Notes under the pieces: model-generated
What the model saw: the letters and a program-made list of their open reading frames with translations, nothing else
Databases searched by the model: none
Told to the model about the DNA's origin: nothing
Program-made: the position numbers and the translations under genes
Assembly (NCBI GenBank): GCA_030141605.1
Contig: JAQGDQ010000007.1
Coordinates: 1,041,173-1,105,172 of the forward strand
DNA from: Tubiluchus corallicola
Lineage: Eukaryota; Animalia; Priapulida
Length of the DNA: 64,000 nucleotides
Direction: 5' to 3'
Shown here: piece by piece, positions 11,289 through 23,672 of the stretch
Position numbering within the stretch: position 1 is the first letter of the stretch
Layout: the number at the start of each line of letters is the position of its first letter

Positions 11289-12750
11289 TTATGCATAATC
11301 ACTTAGTCGTTTGGCTTCATTTACGTAAAGTGCACAACTTCTGTCCCATGCCGCGTGCGATTCGCCACAGTTTGCACACGTTAACTGTTCTGAAGTACAC
11401 TCGTTTGATTCATGCTTTCCTGAGCATTTTCCACATTTGGGGCCTCTAGTACACCATTTCGCAATGTGTTTGTACCCCTGACACTTAAAACATCTGAGTG
11501 GTCTTCTCTTAGGAGCAAACTCTTCTACCGAGCACATCATTTGACCGATTGGTATGCTTTCCTGGACTGCTTTTGTGAGATCGTCTCCTGTCTGGAACGT
11601 AACTTTCACTAATGGCAAGTTTTTCCCGTCTTTTCTTTTGAAGCGTTCAATCTGGATGTTGTCATAGTATCTTTCTATATCAGAGCGTATTTCTGCGTCG
11701 CTCAAGCCCGTATCACAGTCACGCAAGATCCCTATACGCGGAGATACTGGCTTTCTTACGCGAGTACCACCTCCCAAAAATTCTGGCTTCCAGTTCTTTA
11801 TCATATCGTTTGCTGTTGTTTTGTCTGGGACTTGTAATTGAATTTTCCCTCTGGATGTTCTGAAGGCAATATCAAATTTCGTTCTCGGAAAATGTGCACA
11901 CAAATTCTTCTTAATGTTAATGCTGGAACTGACGAGATGTTTTTCGCTCACATTTTCTACAATGACAGTTTTATCAGGGTCATATGGACGAGGAGATACT
12001 TGTAGTGTTACTTGTCTTGGCTGTTTCAGAGAATGACGTTGGCAGGTTCTTTCTGACTGCATTGCTATATAAAGGTTTGCCAGTTTGGCCTGATATTATT
12101 TGTGACATCTTTTTGTCTAGGTTTACAACCAAGTTGTTAACTGTTTCCAGTTTTTCTAATGTTTGTTGCGAATTGTCATGTCCTCTCATAACATTTATGA
12201 CTATCCTTAGTTTTTCAACATCTTTTGACTTCTTGATTAAATTTACAGCTAATGCTTTCATTTCTGTGACTGAGCTATATTCAGTGTCATCTGCCTCGCT
12301 AGTACTGCCGTCATTGTCATCCTGTATGCTGTCATTATTATCGTTATCAACACCATCATAACTATCTACGTCAGAATCACCGTCAGCGTCGTTTACAGCA
12401 GAAAACCTGCCATCGAGGGCGGCGCCACGCTCATTTGTTTGCTGGCTATTATAGCGTTGAGAGGCTTCGGACTGTTTTGTGTAGCAGCGGTTACAGATGA
12501 CAGCAGTAAGTTTTGTAGGCCAAATAGGCGATGCAGTTTTTCTGCAAATATCGCAGGCTGTTTTCTTCGGATTTATGCATTGCTGACTAAGGTTTTCATC
12601 ACAACTATGGGTAGCAGCACATTTAGCACATACAATAGCACTAATCTTTTTAGGTTGCACTGGTCTCTGGGTAGACCTACATATTTCGCAGCTCCGGCGT
12701 TCTTTGGCTTTGTGTTGTGTTTGAGATGCTAACTGGTCTGAATCCGCCAT
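11289..12750 (-). CDS. LINE ORF1: N-terminal tandem C4 fingers, acidic linker, coiled-coil-like region, three gag-like Cys/His knuckles; one frame break near 12000
   Basis: ATG at 12750 (MADSDQ). Knuckles CFKCQGYKHIAKWC, CGKCSGKHESNEC and CANCGESHAAWDRSC. The two ORF-track pieces (11980-12765 and 11289-12062) overlap and are offset by +1. Confidence 0.85.
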
Positions 12751-13075
12751 GCTTCTGAGCCTCAAATAGGCCTGATTGTTGGCCTATTCAAAGTTGTTGA
12801 CTGGCTTAATTACCTAGTCCAACCAGTGCAGGTACAAGTGGCTATAGTTGCAATAATATTTTCTAAACAAATAGTTATTTCTTTACCTCAAGATTTCTGC
12901 CTGTCTTCAGGTTCTTTGCAGTTGAAAATATCACCAATGGATTGTTCACCACTTTACGATTGTCACACTATAAGTTTTGCCACAAAACTTTTCGATAAAC
13001 TATTAAAAAAATTATAGTTCGCTCGTAACGAAATACTCATGAGTCTATGTGAAGTCACGCTTCACGCGAGAGCGT

Positions 13076-13362
<287 letters not shown>

Positions 13363-14359
13363 AAATATAGATATAGACGTCTGCTGAAAACAGCAGTAAA
13401 TCTACAGACGCATATAATAATGATTTCACTGCCATCTTAATTGCCAGTATCCGACATGCAGAGATTAATGACTTTTTGTATTCAATGGGAGAAAAGTATT
13501 TTGTCTCAGCTACAAAAGCTGTGGAAGAACGGAAATTAATTCTAACTTGATAAGTACTTTCAAGAAATGCCCATTTTTCAATAAATTTTGATTTACATCA
13601 CATGCTTTAAAATTTGCCGACTTCTATAATGATGAGCTCGTAACACTTATAAGACGTAGTTTAAAAAAGGATGGTCAAATATTTCACCCATGAGTACTTT
13701 GAAAACGCATGTTTAGGTCACTCTTTTTGTTTTTTGTCAGTTTAGTTATTTCACCTACTACAAACAAACATTGAAGTTTTAGAGATAAGCTGATAAGACG
13801 ATAAGATTTCAATTATTGTTTGAGATATTGCTCATGATATGTTCATCGCTGTGAACTAATTCAATTTATGCTACAAATGCTTTACAGTGTCCTTAAGGAC
13901 GTAATATATATTCCCAAGAACTCTGCACATTATCATGCGTTGTGGCGGAACAAACAGCGCAGCGATAACTGTGAGTGCTTAGTGACAGACAACTGGAGAA
14001 AACTGGATGGGTGATCTTCAGGAAAGTCTGCTTTTGAGCAGTTGCATATAATGTACTGCTTCTGATTGTCTGAAGAACTGTTCATTGTGGCTAAGACCGT
14101 GATTCTGTCGGTTAGTAATTCATCTAAGAGGACTACTCTTGATAGATAAGCTAGGTTCCGGTCCTGCCACATAACCATTAGCGCAATCAGCAGGCCTAGG
14201 CTTAGTTTTTGATGCTGCTTATCTGCTTGCAATGTACCGAACTTAAAATGATAGTGCAGTGTTTTAAAATTAAAATTAAATATCATTTTGCACGTTATGA
14301 TTTCTTCTTTTTCTTCAAGGTCCATTCCGTCTATTGTAGATATTGAGGCATTAACATTT

Positions 14360-14905
14360 ATTAGAGTATTCTACCCGCTCCTGTCTGCAGCTAACAGCGT
14401 AAGTTCTTCTACTCCTAAAAATAGATTTGGTTGAAGTTGTTGAACATCTCTATTTATCTTAGTTATCGAAGTTGTTCTTGGTTTGCCAGGTAGTTTTGTG
14501 CAAGGTTTTAAGGCTTCCTTTAAGGCGATTCTTGCTAGTAAATCACTTAGTGATCTTAGAAGGTGTAATCTTAATCTTCGGATCTTGACTTGCTCCTATG
14601 CATTTCTTTTGTTTTTGTGTATAAATCTTCATTTTTGATTATGTATGGCCTTCTTAACTTTAGAACTTTCCTTAGAAGACTTCTGTGAAGCATGTCAATC
14701 TGCTTTTCTTGAGTAATTGTTAGATTCCATCATTCACTGTTGTGCATAAATATGCTGTTAAGGTCAGCATTAAATAATCGAAGTCTTATGTTAAGACAAT
14801 TTCTTGCTAGTTAATGTATTCTTGCGTTGAAGAAAAGCATGCATTGCTTGTTGCTTTTAATATCATATTCAGTGTTTAGAAAAGTGCCCATATACTTGCA
14901 CTCTT
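14360..14905 (-). mobile_element. Decayed RTE-type LINE, 3' ORF fragment
   Basis: Minus-strand translation fragments ECKYMG, IRLRLFNADLNSIFMHNSE*W, ARIALKEALKPCTKLPGKPRTT and LAADRSG, with stops and frameshifts. These match the RTE ORF C-terminal pattern (GRPKTTW, A.DR..W). Confidence 0.7.
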
Positions 14906-14937
14906 ATATATATTACTGCCCATATATTACTGATGTC

Positions 14938-15679
14938 ATTTTTAAGTGTTTTTAACAAGAGGCATAGATGCTCTTACGAATGTTTACTATGCTTACGTGC
15001 AACTAATTTTGAAATATTGCTCCACTGAATCTATGTTCCTAGAACGCATATATTGGTGTTACTGATAAAATTCAAAATGTGCAAAAAGCATTCATACGCA
15101 GGTTGCTTTGCAAGTCTTCCAGAACGGGTTGCCCATAAAAGGAACGCATGCTCAATATGGACCCACTAGTACTTAGAAGGCTTAGAGCTGACCTGATTAT
15201 AGTTTTCAAAATCTTAGGGTTGATGTATTTTTAATTGAAGCATTTGATTTTCGCAGTTAATTCACACTAAATTCAAACTACTTTAAAAACTGTAATTTCA
15301 ATAATCATTTTAGAATTTTTCGTTAGTTTAGAGGATGCGCTTCGTAGAGCCACCCTGAATCCCAATGTACATACAATTTGTAAATATTTATTTTATAATA
15401 GTCACTAACAATTTACATGGTATATCTGTAAAAGTGTTTATTTTTGGTTCATTGATCGTAATTTTATAAAGCTTTAGATCATTAAAACTTTTATTGTACT
15501 AGCCCGTTGAGGCTCCTTAAGTCGCTATCGTAATGTTTGTATAATTGTGATTTCACGAAACTGATTTTTTTGAGCCTTGTTAACCCTGGTTGCTCCAGCG
15601 CTTTTAACTTTTTACTATTTACTTGTGCATTATTATTTTGTTGAAAGTGCAAATAAAATTCATCCATTCATTCATTCAT
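14938..15679 (+). mobile_element. Decayed CR1-type LINE 3' end with (CATT)n tail
   Basis: Fragments YYAYVQLILKYCS, IQNVQKAFIRR and LRRLRADLIIVFKIL are typical of the CR1 ORF2 C-terminus. The region ends aataaaattcatccattcattcattcat. Confidence 0.7.
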
Positions 15680-16759
15680 AAAATGACTACCCGGAAAACC
15701 GTTTTTCTTTACTCGCAAGCGATTTAGTGCCGAAATGCCTTCCGTCCGACTATTATGTTACAAGCGATTTATCGGATGCCTCCAATCCATAATTCATACC
15801 ACGGTTTCATAATGAAAATACGTTAATATACACGTAAAAGCTGTTTGGTTTTTCCTCAGTGGATAAACATCACATCAGTACCGCAAGGACCTACGTAACT
15901 AGGACGTATCGGTTTGAGAAAGGTAATAGAGGCGGTAATGAATAAATCAATAAAGCAAGTTTTGCTGTGTAAACTCAAACTACGTATGATATTCAGCCGT
16001 ATTCAAAACGTGCTGACGATTTTTTAATTATTACTTATATACTTGTGGTCTATATATTGCCCCACTCATTTCTTAATGCTACTAGTTCCGGTAATGATAT
16101 TATTACACAAACCGGCGATATGATAAAAATTACGTAACCGCCACAATTGAATGTTACTATAATTTTGAAAAACCTGCAACAATTTCTTGGTTGTTCCTGG
16201 CTTGTTACTAGTGTCATGGAGTGTAGTCTAATTTTATAACCTGTTTCATTGCCCACGCTAAAACCAACTAAATGAATCGTTTGAATAAACTTCAACAAGT
16301 TTTTTGTTTTGTTATTGTTATATGGCGAGTCAAACTCCGGCCGTGCGGCTAAGGTGATTTATACATTGGCACATTCATGCGAACAATCACTCGATCATAC
16401 TCGCACGCAAATCCCTCGAAATCGTGATAGGAAATTATTACGAGATGTTAATCACGCCAATTTAGCTGGAAGGCATTGATCTGTTCTCTTTGTAGCTGTG
16501 GATGTGTGAAGTTCAACGGATAAAGAGAAGCCTGCTAATTCTTGGAATAATACGCGTGGTCCGAGCTAATTAATTGTCTTGTATGGAACATGCCGCCTTG
16601 GTCTGTCATCACTTTCCTTTTTAACCATTGCTGTTATTACTGCAATTGTTATTGAGATGTACTTCATGAAAGTCCCGCTATCACTGAAACAAATAGTTAT
16701 TATGGAATACCAGACTTGTGCCTACAATACGCAGTGTTTGAAAATCATATTACTAATGA

Positions 16760-17225
16760 AGAGGTTATAGGCCTTTCGGGGTGCACCTCGTAAAAACCCG
16801 CTGCCATTACAAACGGACAGTCATTTGTGGAACACTCATTCCTACGATGTGCTGTGGTCGAAAGTGATGTTTCTGATGAAGCTGTTGTTAACCACATTTT
16901 TAAAACCAAAAATGGGTACTCATTTGTGTACTGCCGATGATATACACCTATGATGTACAGTGGCCGAAAATCGTGTTCCTAACAAGGAGGTTATATGCCT
17001 TTTTGGGGGCACCTGTTTTAGGATCTATCCCTTGAAAGCCCCTCTCCCATTACAGACGGGTAGTCATTAGAAAAATTTTACACACCGTCTATGATATGGA
17101 GTGTTCGAAAGTCATGTGTTATAGGCCTTTCTGGAGGTACATATTTTGGGATAATCATAAACGGGTAATCATTTGTGGACTGCCAGACTCGTACCTCCGA
17201 TATGAAGTTGTCTCAAATCATGTTC
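16760..17225. repeat. Degenerate tandem repeat (minisatellite-like)
   Basis: The blocks gttataggccttt...gcacct, cattacaaacgg.agtcatttgtg and gtggtcgaaagtgatgt each recur about three times. Confidence 0.6.
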
Positions 17226-17299
17226 CTGGTGAGGATGTTATCTCGTCACTTGTTCTTGCTGGCAGTATGGCAGTGGTAGAGTTGCGGGCAGCGAGGCAG

Positions 17300-17720
17300 T
17301 GGTAGTATTGCTGTCGTTTTGTTGCTTTGTAGATCTTGTTCATGGTGATGGCTGTTTTAGTGTCGTTGTTTTTGCTGTTGATACTTCCGTTGTCATTACC
17401 GCCATCTTGTCATCTTCGTAACTGGCATTACAATTGTCTTTGTTATTATTGCAGTCTTAATAGTGCTTCTGCTCTTGTGTGGCTAACTGTTGCCCTTTGT
17501 GCTTTTGCTGTCATTGTACTTATTTGATATTGTGACTTGTTCGTCGTTGTATTGCAATAGTTCCATTGTGTTGTATTGTATTGTATCGTTGTCGTGTCCT
17601 TGTTATTGTTGTTGCTGCTGTTGCTGTTATTATTGTCGTCGTTGTTATTGTTATTGTTACTCTTGCTATTGCTGTTGCTGCCATAGCTACTATTGGCGTT
17701 GCTACCACCCACATCACTAC
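17300..17720. repeat. Degenerate (TGT/TGC/TAT)n low-complexity tract
   Basis: Direct read. It explains the poly-C/V/N/T ORFs in the track. Confidence 0.8.
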
Positions 17721-18884
17721 TGTTCCTCTTACATATTTCTGGATAATATTAATTAGCTAAGCTTCAGCAGACTGTGCTTTGTGTAATTCACAATTGGCTT
17801 CACGTCCAAGACTGATACTCAGAATTCAGAAACTTGAATAAAAAGCACCCAATTATTATAATATCGCTATCCTACTTAATTAAAAACAAACCGTCCGCAG
17901 TCGTTGTGGGCGGTGAGACCTAGAAAAGGAATGCGGTTAAAAGCCACGCACGTGCGTCTTGTTAAATTATAAGAAGCTGCATAATAGTGACAGACAAACT
18001 GCCTTGGCAGTTAGCAGCAATTTTACGCGAAGCCAGGCTATAGACAACACATGCAGTGCGCGTTGCATTCAAGTACTGACGTTACTATACTTTATCGCTC
18101 CTTATTGTACAATATTAATTATGTTTGTGCGACGTTCATCTAAATAGTAACAAATGCGAAGTTTGACACAAACATAAATTTTTCTGATGATTTTGTTTCA
18201 AGTTTCGCTTGAACGGTGACATTGTCATTAAAGTCTGGCCAGCAGTATGATATCTCTAATGCAAGCAGGTTTGGCCCAATAACGTGTGGCGATTGTTAGT
18301 GTCAGTGATAAGCCTCCCTAATATCGTTGACGTTTCTCTCATTAATCGCAGTAATTTCTAGGGCTTCAAATGAGTAAACCCGCCTGCAATATGAAGCCAC
18401 TGAGCGGCATGTGAGATCGCATTACTTGCCGTGTGTGGGAACATTATGAATTCACACAAAAACAACTTGTGTGGCTAAAAATTTTAATTAGTCTTTATTG
18501 TGCTTACCTGCATGACAGTTGTAATTTAGCTGTCATGAAAAGGGTCGAATATTTGCTGAGAATTTATGTAATTTGTTTTGTGACCCATTGATTTAAACAC
18601 AACATTAAAATGAGGTTGAATCACTACTTGGTTTTTATTACGGTGTTACGAGACGTGTTGGTTGCATCCAGCACAGGATATGACGTTATTAACGAGGGAA
18701 GTAAGCTTGATGTTAATCGCTTGCAAAAGATTTTCGGATATAAATGGGAAGGTAAGTGCATTGCTCGATTACCACGATGATTGCTAATAGATGCACGTGT
18801 GTTGTTAATAGATGTATCAACATCTATAGAGACTGTAAATATATTATTGCCCCAAAGTAAAATAAGAATGAAGTGTAATTTGAC

Positions 18885-19100
18885 CCGCTGAAAAGTTATT
18901 TTGCAAATAATTTCTGATAAGGTTAAGGGATGTACTGTTAAATCCAAGAAGTTTGAGATTATTGAGCAATAAAGCGTAGTTTAAACTGTTAAATGCTTTG
19001 CTTAGACCCAGAAATGTTCTTACTATGTATTTGTTTTTGTCAAAATTTGATCTCCAATTTCGGTTAGCATTTAGTATTTCATTGATAGTTGAGTATTTTT
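18885..19100 (-). mobile_element. Decayed RT fragment (CR1/L2-group LINE)
   Basis: STINEIL...W...DKNKYI..TFLGLSKAFNSLNYALLLNNLKLLGF...LIRNYLQN is an eroded F.DLSKAFD...LL.KL...G.....YL.NR RT segment. Confidence 0.7.
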
Positions 19101-20551
19101 TGAAGCCATTAATGTAAATAACGATGTAAAAATTAATATAATTTATGTTGTATAATATAGTGTTATATAATAACACTTTTTGTGCAACACGATAGAAGTG
19201 ACAGAAAGTCTATTTTTAAGTGTTTTTATGTTTTGTATGTAATTTTTGGCGCAACTGTTTTTGCTAAAATGTCAGATAAATTCCGACAAAGTTTTTAGTA
19301 ATAGCATTTGCCAAGAACAGTTGTCGTAAAAGTCACTGAAATGGAGTGTTATCACTCTTGAATAAACAGTAAAAGTAGATGATATAACCACAAAAATGTC
19401 GAATTGAATTTATGAAACTCTGTTACTTAAAAAGCGAACATACATAAATTGATCTATGGTGCACGCAGCCACGATGACACCCAGACCAAAGACGACAATG
19501 ACAACAACAACGACAGTGGCTGATTATTGTCGGTTGCGCTTTATTTTAATTATTTTTTACATAGATGGCTCGGGGTTGCTATCATCACATAACTTAACGT
19601 TTTACTGCACTTTCTGCAGAGAAGTTTTTATTATGCTTTCGAAGCTTAATGAAGACGCGCCGAGAAAATGCGTACTCTTAAAGTTTTAATCGAAAATTAT
19701 CAGCAAAACTTAATTTGCTGTGTGTGCGGTGGCAGCAAGTCCAGAAACAGCAGCTCCGGGAATGTATTTATCCAGGTTTATTACGTATTCGGTTTGTGCA
19801 TTTTATTTTTTCGACCAATATAATCACACAGAAATACCCATAAAGTGCCTGCGCTGTATAGATTGATGTCAACAAGAAAGCAATAAACAGGATCGTTTAA
19901 TTCTTTCGAGTGACGTGCATCCAATTTTATAAAACCTTAACTGTAGCTGGCAGGAGACACAATTTTGAAATTTCACCGCTTGTACAACATTTATTGTGTA
20001 TCCAATCCATTTAGATTTTGCAAGGTTTCAATGTATAGCTGCTTTAACGCCAAAATAGTCGACGAAGTAGATGCAGTAAATTAATACCTATGTCTGAAAA
20101 TTTTCATTTGATTTCAGCCAGAAAATGTCCGTAAGCTGAAAGCTAACATGTGTTACGGTTTTTTAAAAGAGCGTATTAATTTCCTCCCGGAACACACCCT
20201 GTACGTAGCTTTTAAGTATTTTGGAAGAACTGATGTTGGATTTAAAGCATATTTTAAAAAGCAAAAAGGTTTTCATATATATTTGAATTTTCCGGTGCAC
20301 TGTACTGTCTTTGCAAGATTATTTTGATAATCGCAAACGTATAGGTGGAGATTGGAGCAGCATAATAGATAATCGTTTTTACATTTTTTGACATTTACAG
20401 TAAAATAAAAATAATGAAATAAAATAAAATAAAATAAAATGTAACAGATTTAGCCCAATCTGGAAAAATAAATTAGAAAAAAAATTGGAAGCAGCTTAGG
20501 GAGGCCTTTAAGTCGCTGCTTGGCGGAAAACAATTTTGCGTGGTAAGCCAA

Positions 20552-21925
20552 CACTTCGCCTGTTATCTTTTCACCAGTCTACTTTTTCGCCAGTTTACTT
20601 TTTTGCCAGTCTACTTTTTCGCCAATCTATCTTTTCGTCAGTGTATCGTGACTAACACTGACCTAGAAGTCACCATTGCCAATTAGGTGTCGATATGGTT
20701 TCATTTGAACACTTTGTGAACGGAAGATATAAGTCCTACAGAGGCGTGCCATAGCCATATATCGTTCGATTCGCAATAAAACGTAGAACCTGATGCACTG
20801 TGTCAAAATCGCTAGTCGCCTTTCATTTAGCCAGAAAATGGCAATAAATAGGATGTCCGGTCGAAAATTTGACATTCAGTATCTGCTGTTATTTTCGTTT
20901 TGCGATTTTAGTTTCTGAGATACGCATCTTTTTTTGGAATAACTCAAAAACTACACAGAGCTACTCCACTAAATTTGGTGTGTTTGTAGCTAGCGCCTGC
21001 TGACCTGCTTGAGTTATGAGCCAAAAATCATCCAAATATGTCCATCTTTGATAAATCTTAATTCCTACAAGAAACGCCACCTACCAAGATCGCGCTGAGT
21101 GGTGATTGTTCGATCAATAACTTGCTACCTAGCCGCCACCACCACCGGGCTGCTACGCTATGCACGTTTTTCTGGTACATGTCGGTACCATACTTATACT
21201 ATCAGGTTAGCAAGTATCGACATGGTTTCCTTTAAACGCTGTCTGAACGAAAACCGTAAGTCCCACAGAGACGTACCATATATCATTTGATTCGCAATGA
21301 AACGTAGAATGAGATGCGCTAAAAGTGCTAAAAGTTTTTACTCTGTTTTGTTTACCTAAAATAATTTTGTTTGCCGAAATTTGGCAAATTGCATAAACGA
21401 GATGTGACGAAGGTGTCGAAATGCCTAATTTGGGAATCCATATCTTATGCAAAAGTTTAGTTGAACTGTTTTATGATATAAAACCAAACTGTTTTGAAGT
21501 CAGATTTTACTTGTTTGTTCAATGTCACCGTTTTATGCATTACTATATCATGTAATTGAAGCCAAGTAGACGACATTTTTGGCTGTTGAGTTCGTCCAAG
21601 AATTCCGCTCTAACCTGTCGAGTTGTGCGGATGTTCTCTTGTGGTCGGTCTAGTAGTTATAGTGTTTGCTTGCAGAAAAGAAATCTGTCAGCATGGTGCA
21701 TGACATAGATGATAGCTGCTTGTTAACGATGATACTTTCCTGTTACTAACTGTTACTGATGATACTTACCTATTGCTCATGGAATTTATCTGACACTGAT
21801 GGTACTTACCTGTTACTGGCGCTACATACCGGCTGTCGATAATTTACCTGAATTTACATGTCGAAAAGGTAGAATGGCGAAAAAGTAGACTGACGAATTG
21901 TGGACTGGCGAAACGACATACAATC
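20552..21925. mobile_element. Probable non-autonomous DNA transposon with sub-terminal 17-bp repeats in inverted orientation
   Basis: Left: tandem ccagtctactttttcg units (about 20575-20640). Right: their reverse complement ggcgaaaaagtagactg (about 21860-21912). There is an internal direct repeat of about 110 bp (about 20685-20800 versus 21213-21320). Confidence 0.55.
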
Positions 21926-23597
21926 ATTTGTGTTATGTCTTTATTATTATTATTATATTATTAGTATTTTTCATTGTTAAAAATGTTACAAACAATGTAC
22001 ACATAGCATGCAAAGTTTGTAGGTGCTGATGATTTAGGAAACGTTATATTTTATACGTGAATTATTAACCTGATTCGTGAAAGAAATACTAGGGTGAAAA
22101 CTAATCTAATAACAAACGACAATCTGCTGTGACACAGAGAAAGCAAAAAAGCTCAAAAACTTGTTGCAATGCGCACTTTTTATCACGTTCAAGAGTTAAA
22201 CGCTAAGTACCAATAAATAATAGACTTCTATTAAACATCAACGTAGTGTGCTAAACCTGTTTTTGAGAATTGATACATTTGATGATAAAATTGTTTACGA
22301 AGCCAAACTTTTCCACATGGATCAGATTACTTTTAAAGGCAACAGCAATTTCATGTTGCCATGTTAACAAACATTTTTTTAATTTGTATCGTTGAAGGTA
22401 AAAGGTCGCGAAATTCTTGCCGAAAATTAAGAGTTTCAATAATTTGCTACACAACTAGAATGTGCTGCTCCACTGCGTTAACATCTGGTAAAGATTTAAG
22501 TGTGTTAATAGAAGCCATTGCTGAATAATCCTAACTTTATGTTTATTTATGGAACGAGTGACGTGTACTTGCACTTTCCGTCTATGTGTGTTTGCTGTAT
22601 TTAACATCAGATTTCAACTTTGTGGTGAACAGTTTTACCATGTTTTAAAGAATGATCTTAGCCATGTTATTTTTTATGGATTCTCCGCATAATAGGGACT
22701 CACAAACTTCATAAACGTCTTAAGGTTTATTAATTTCATAAGCCACAAAGTTCAAAAACTCTTAATGAGGTGATGCTGATATAATGCATTGAGGCCGTGG
22801 AACTCACTTTTTTACTGGAACAACCACGTTGGTACATTATTTTAAAATGTTGGTCATAAAATATCGTACTTTTGTTTTAAGATTTTTTTAAAAGTATTTT
22901 AAAATAAAATGAGTTTAATTCATTTAAACAATACGCATGTATGCGTATACAATTTAAGCGTGTACTAAGCTGACAGTGACGGGGCCAATGTTAGCGTAGA
23001 ATGAATTTCTGATAAACTCAGCATCGCAAACATACTATTTACCAAGTGTCTCCACTCGTCGAGAGTAGTACGTTGTAACAAAGATTTTCGAGATTAGTAT
23101 AATTATTATAACAAATTTTAGCGCCAAGTCGGACTTTGAAATAGCTAAAATTTAATAGCTTTTAACACTCAATGCTAACTGTTTATCCAAAAACTTGAAA
23201 GCTGCTGACTCGATAACTCACGTTCATTTCGTTATCCTTTCATCTACATATTGCTATTAAAATTAATTATGCTCTATTTACATTTTATTTTAATTCATTA
23301 TTGTTATAACCCGGGTTGGACACTATACATATTTCGCAGCAGTATGAGCCTAATCCCACAGAGCTATTTACTGTACGTCTTCCAATCTTCTAATTATTAA
23401 AACCCTGATGAAATTAAGCATTAATGCAAAATGCAGAGAGCAGCTAAGAAATCGTTTCCTGCGCAACCTCGAGGGTAATTTTGACAACTTACCAGCAAAT
23501 CTATGCTAAAGTAAAAGGTTAAAGGTATAATTGATATTATTTAGTGCATCACGATTGGTTTAGCAACTGGATTAGCAAAGTCGCTTGACAATTGGGT

Positions 23598-23672
23598 GAA
23601 CATCAGAGTGGTTCGTCGCGACCCAAGTTAAGCAACGCCGAGGTTAGTCAGTGAATGGATGCGTAGTGACAT
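23598..23672 (+). pseudogene. 5S rRNA-derived fragment (5S pseudogene or SINE3 head), degenerate
   Basis: cccaagttaagcaacgccgaggttagtcagtgaatggatgcg resembles the 5S internal A-box to C-box region (gaagttaagc...ggttagtacttggatggg). Confidence 0.45.

Noticed and set aside
13020-13050. cgaaa...ctcatgag near the LINE 5' end as a hammerhead ribozyme
   Set aside because: The box is CTCATGA rather than CTGANGA, and the spacing leaves no room for the stems.
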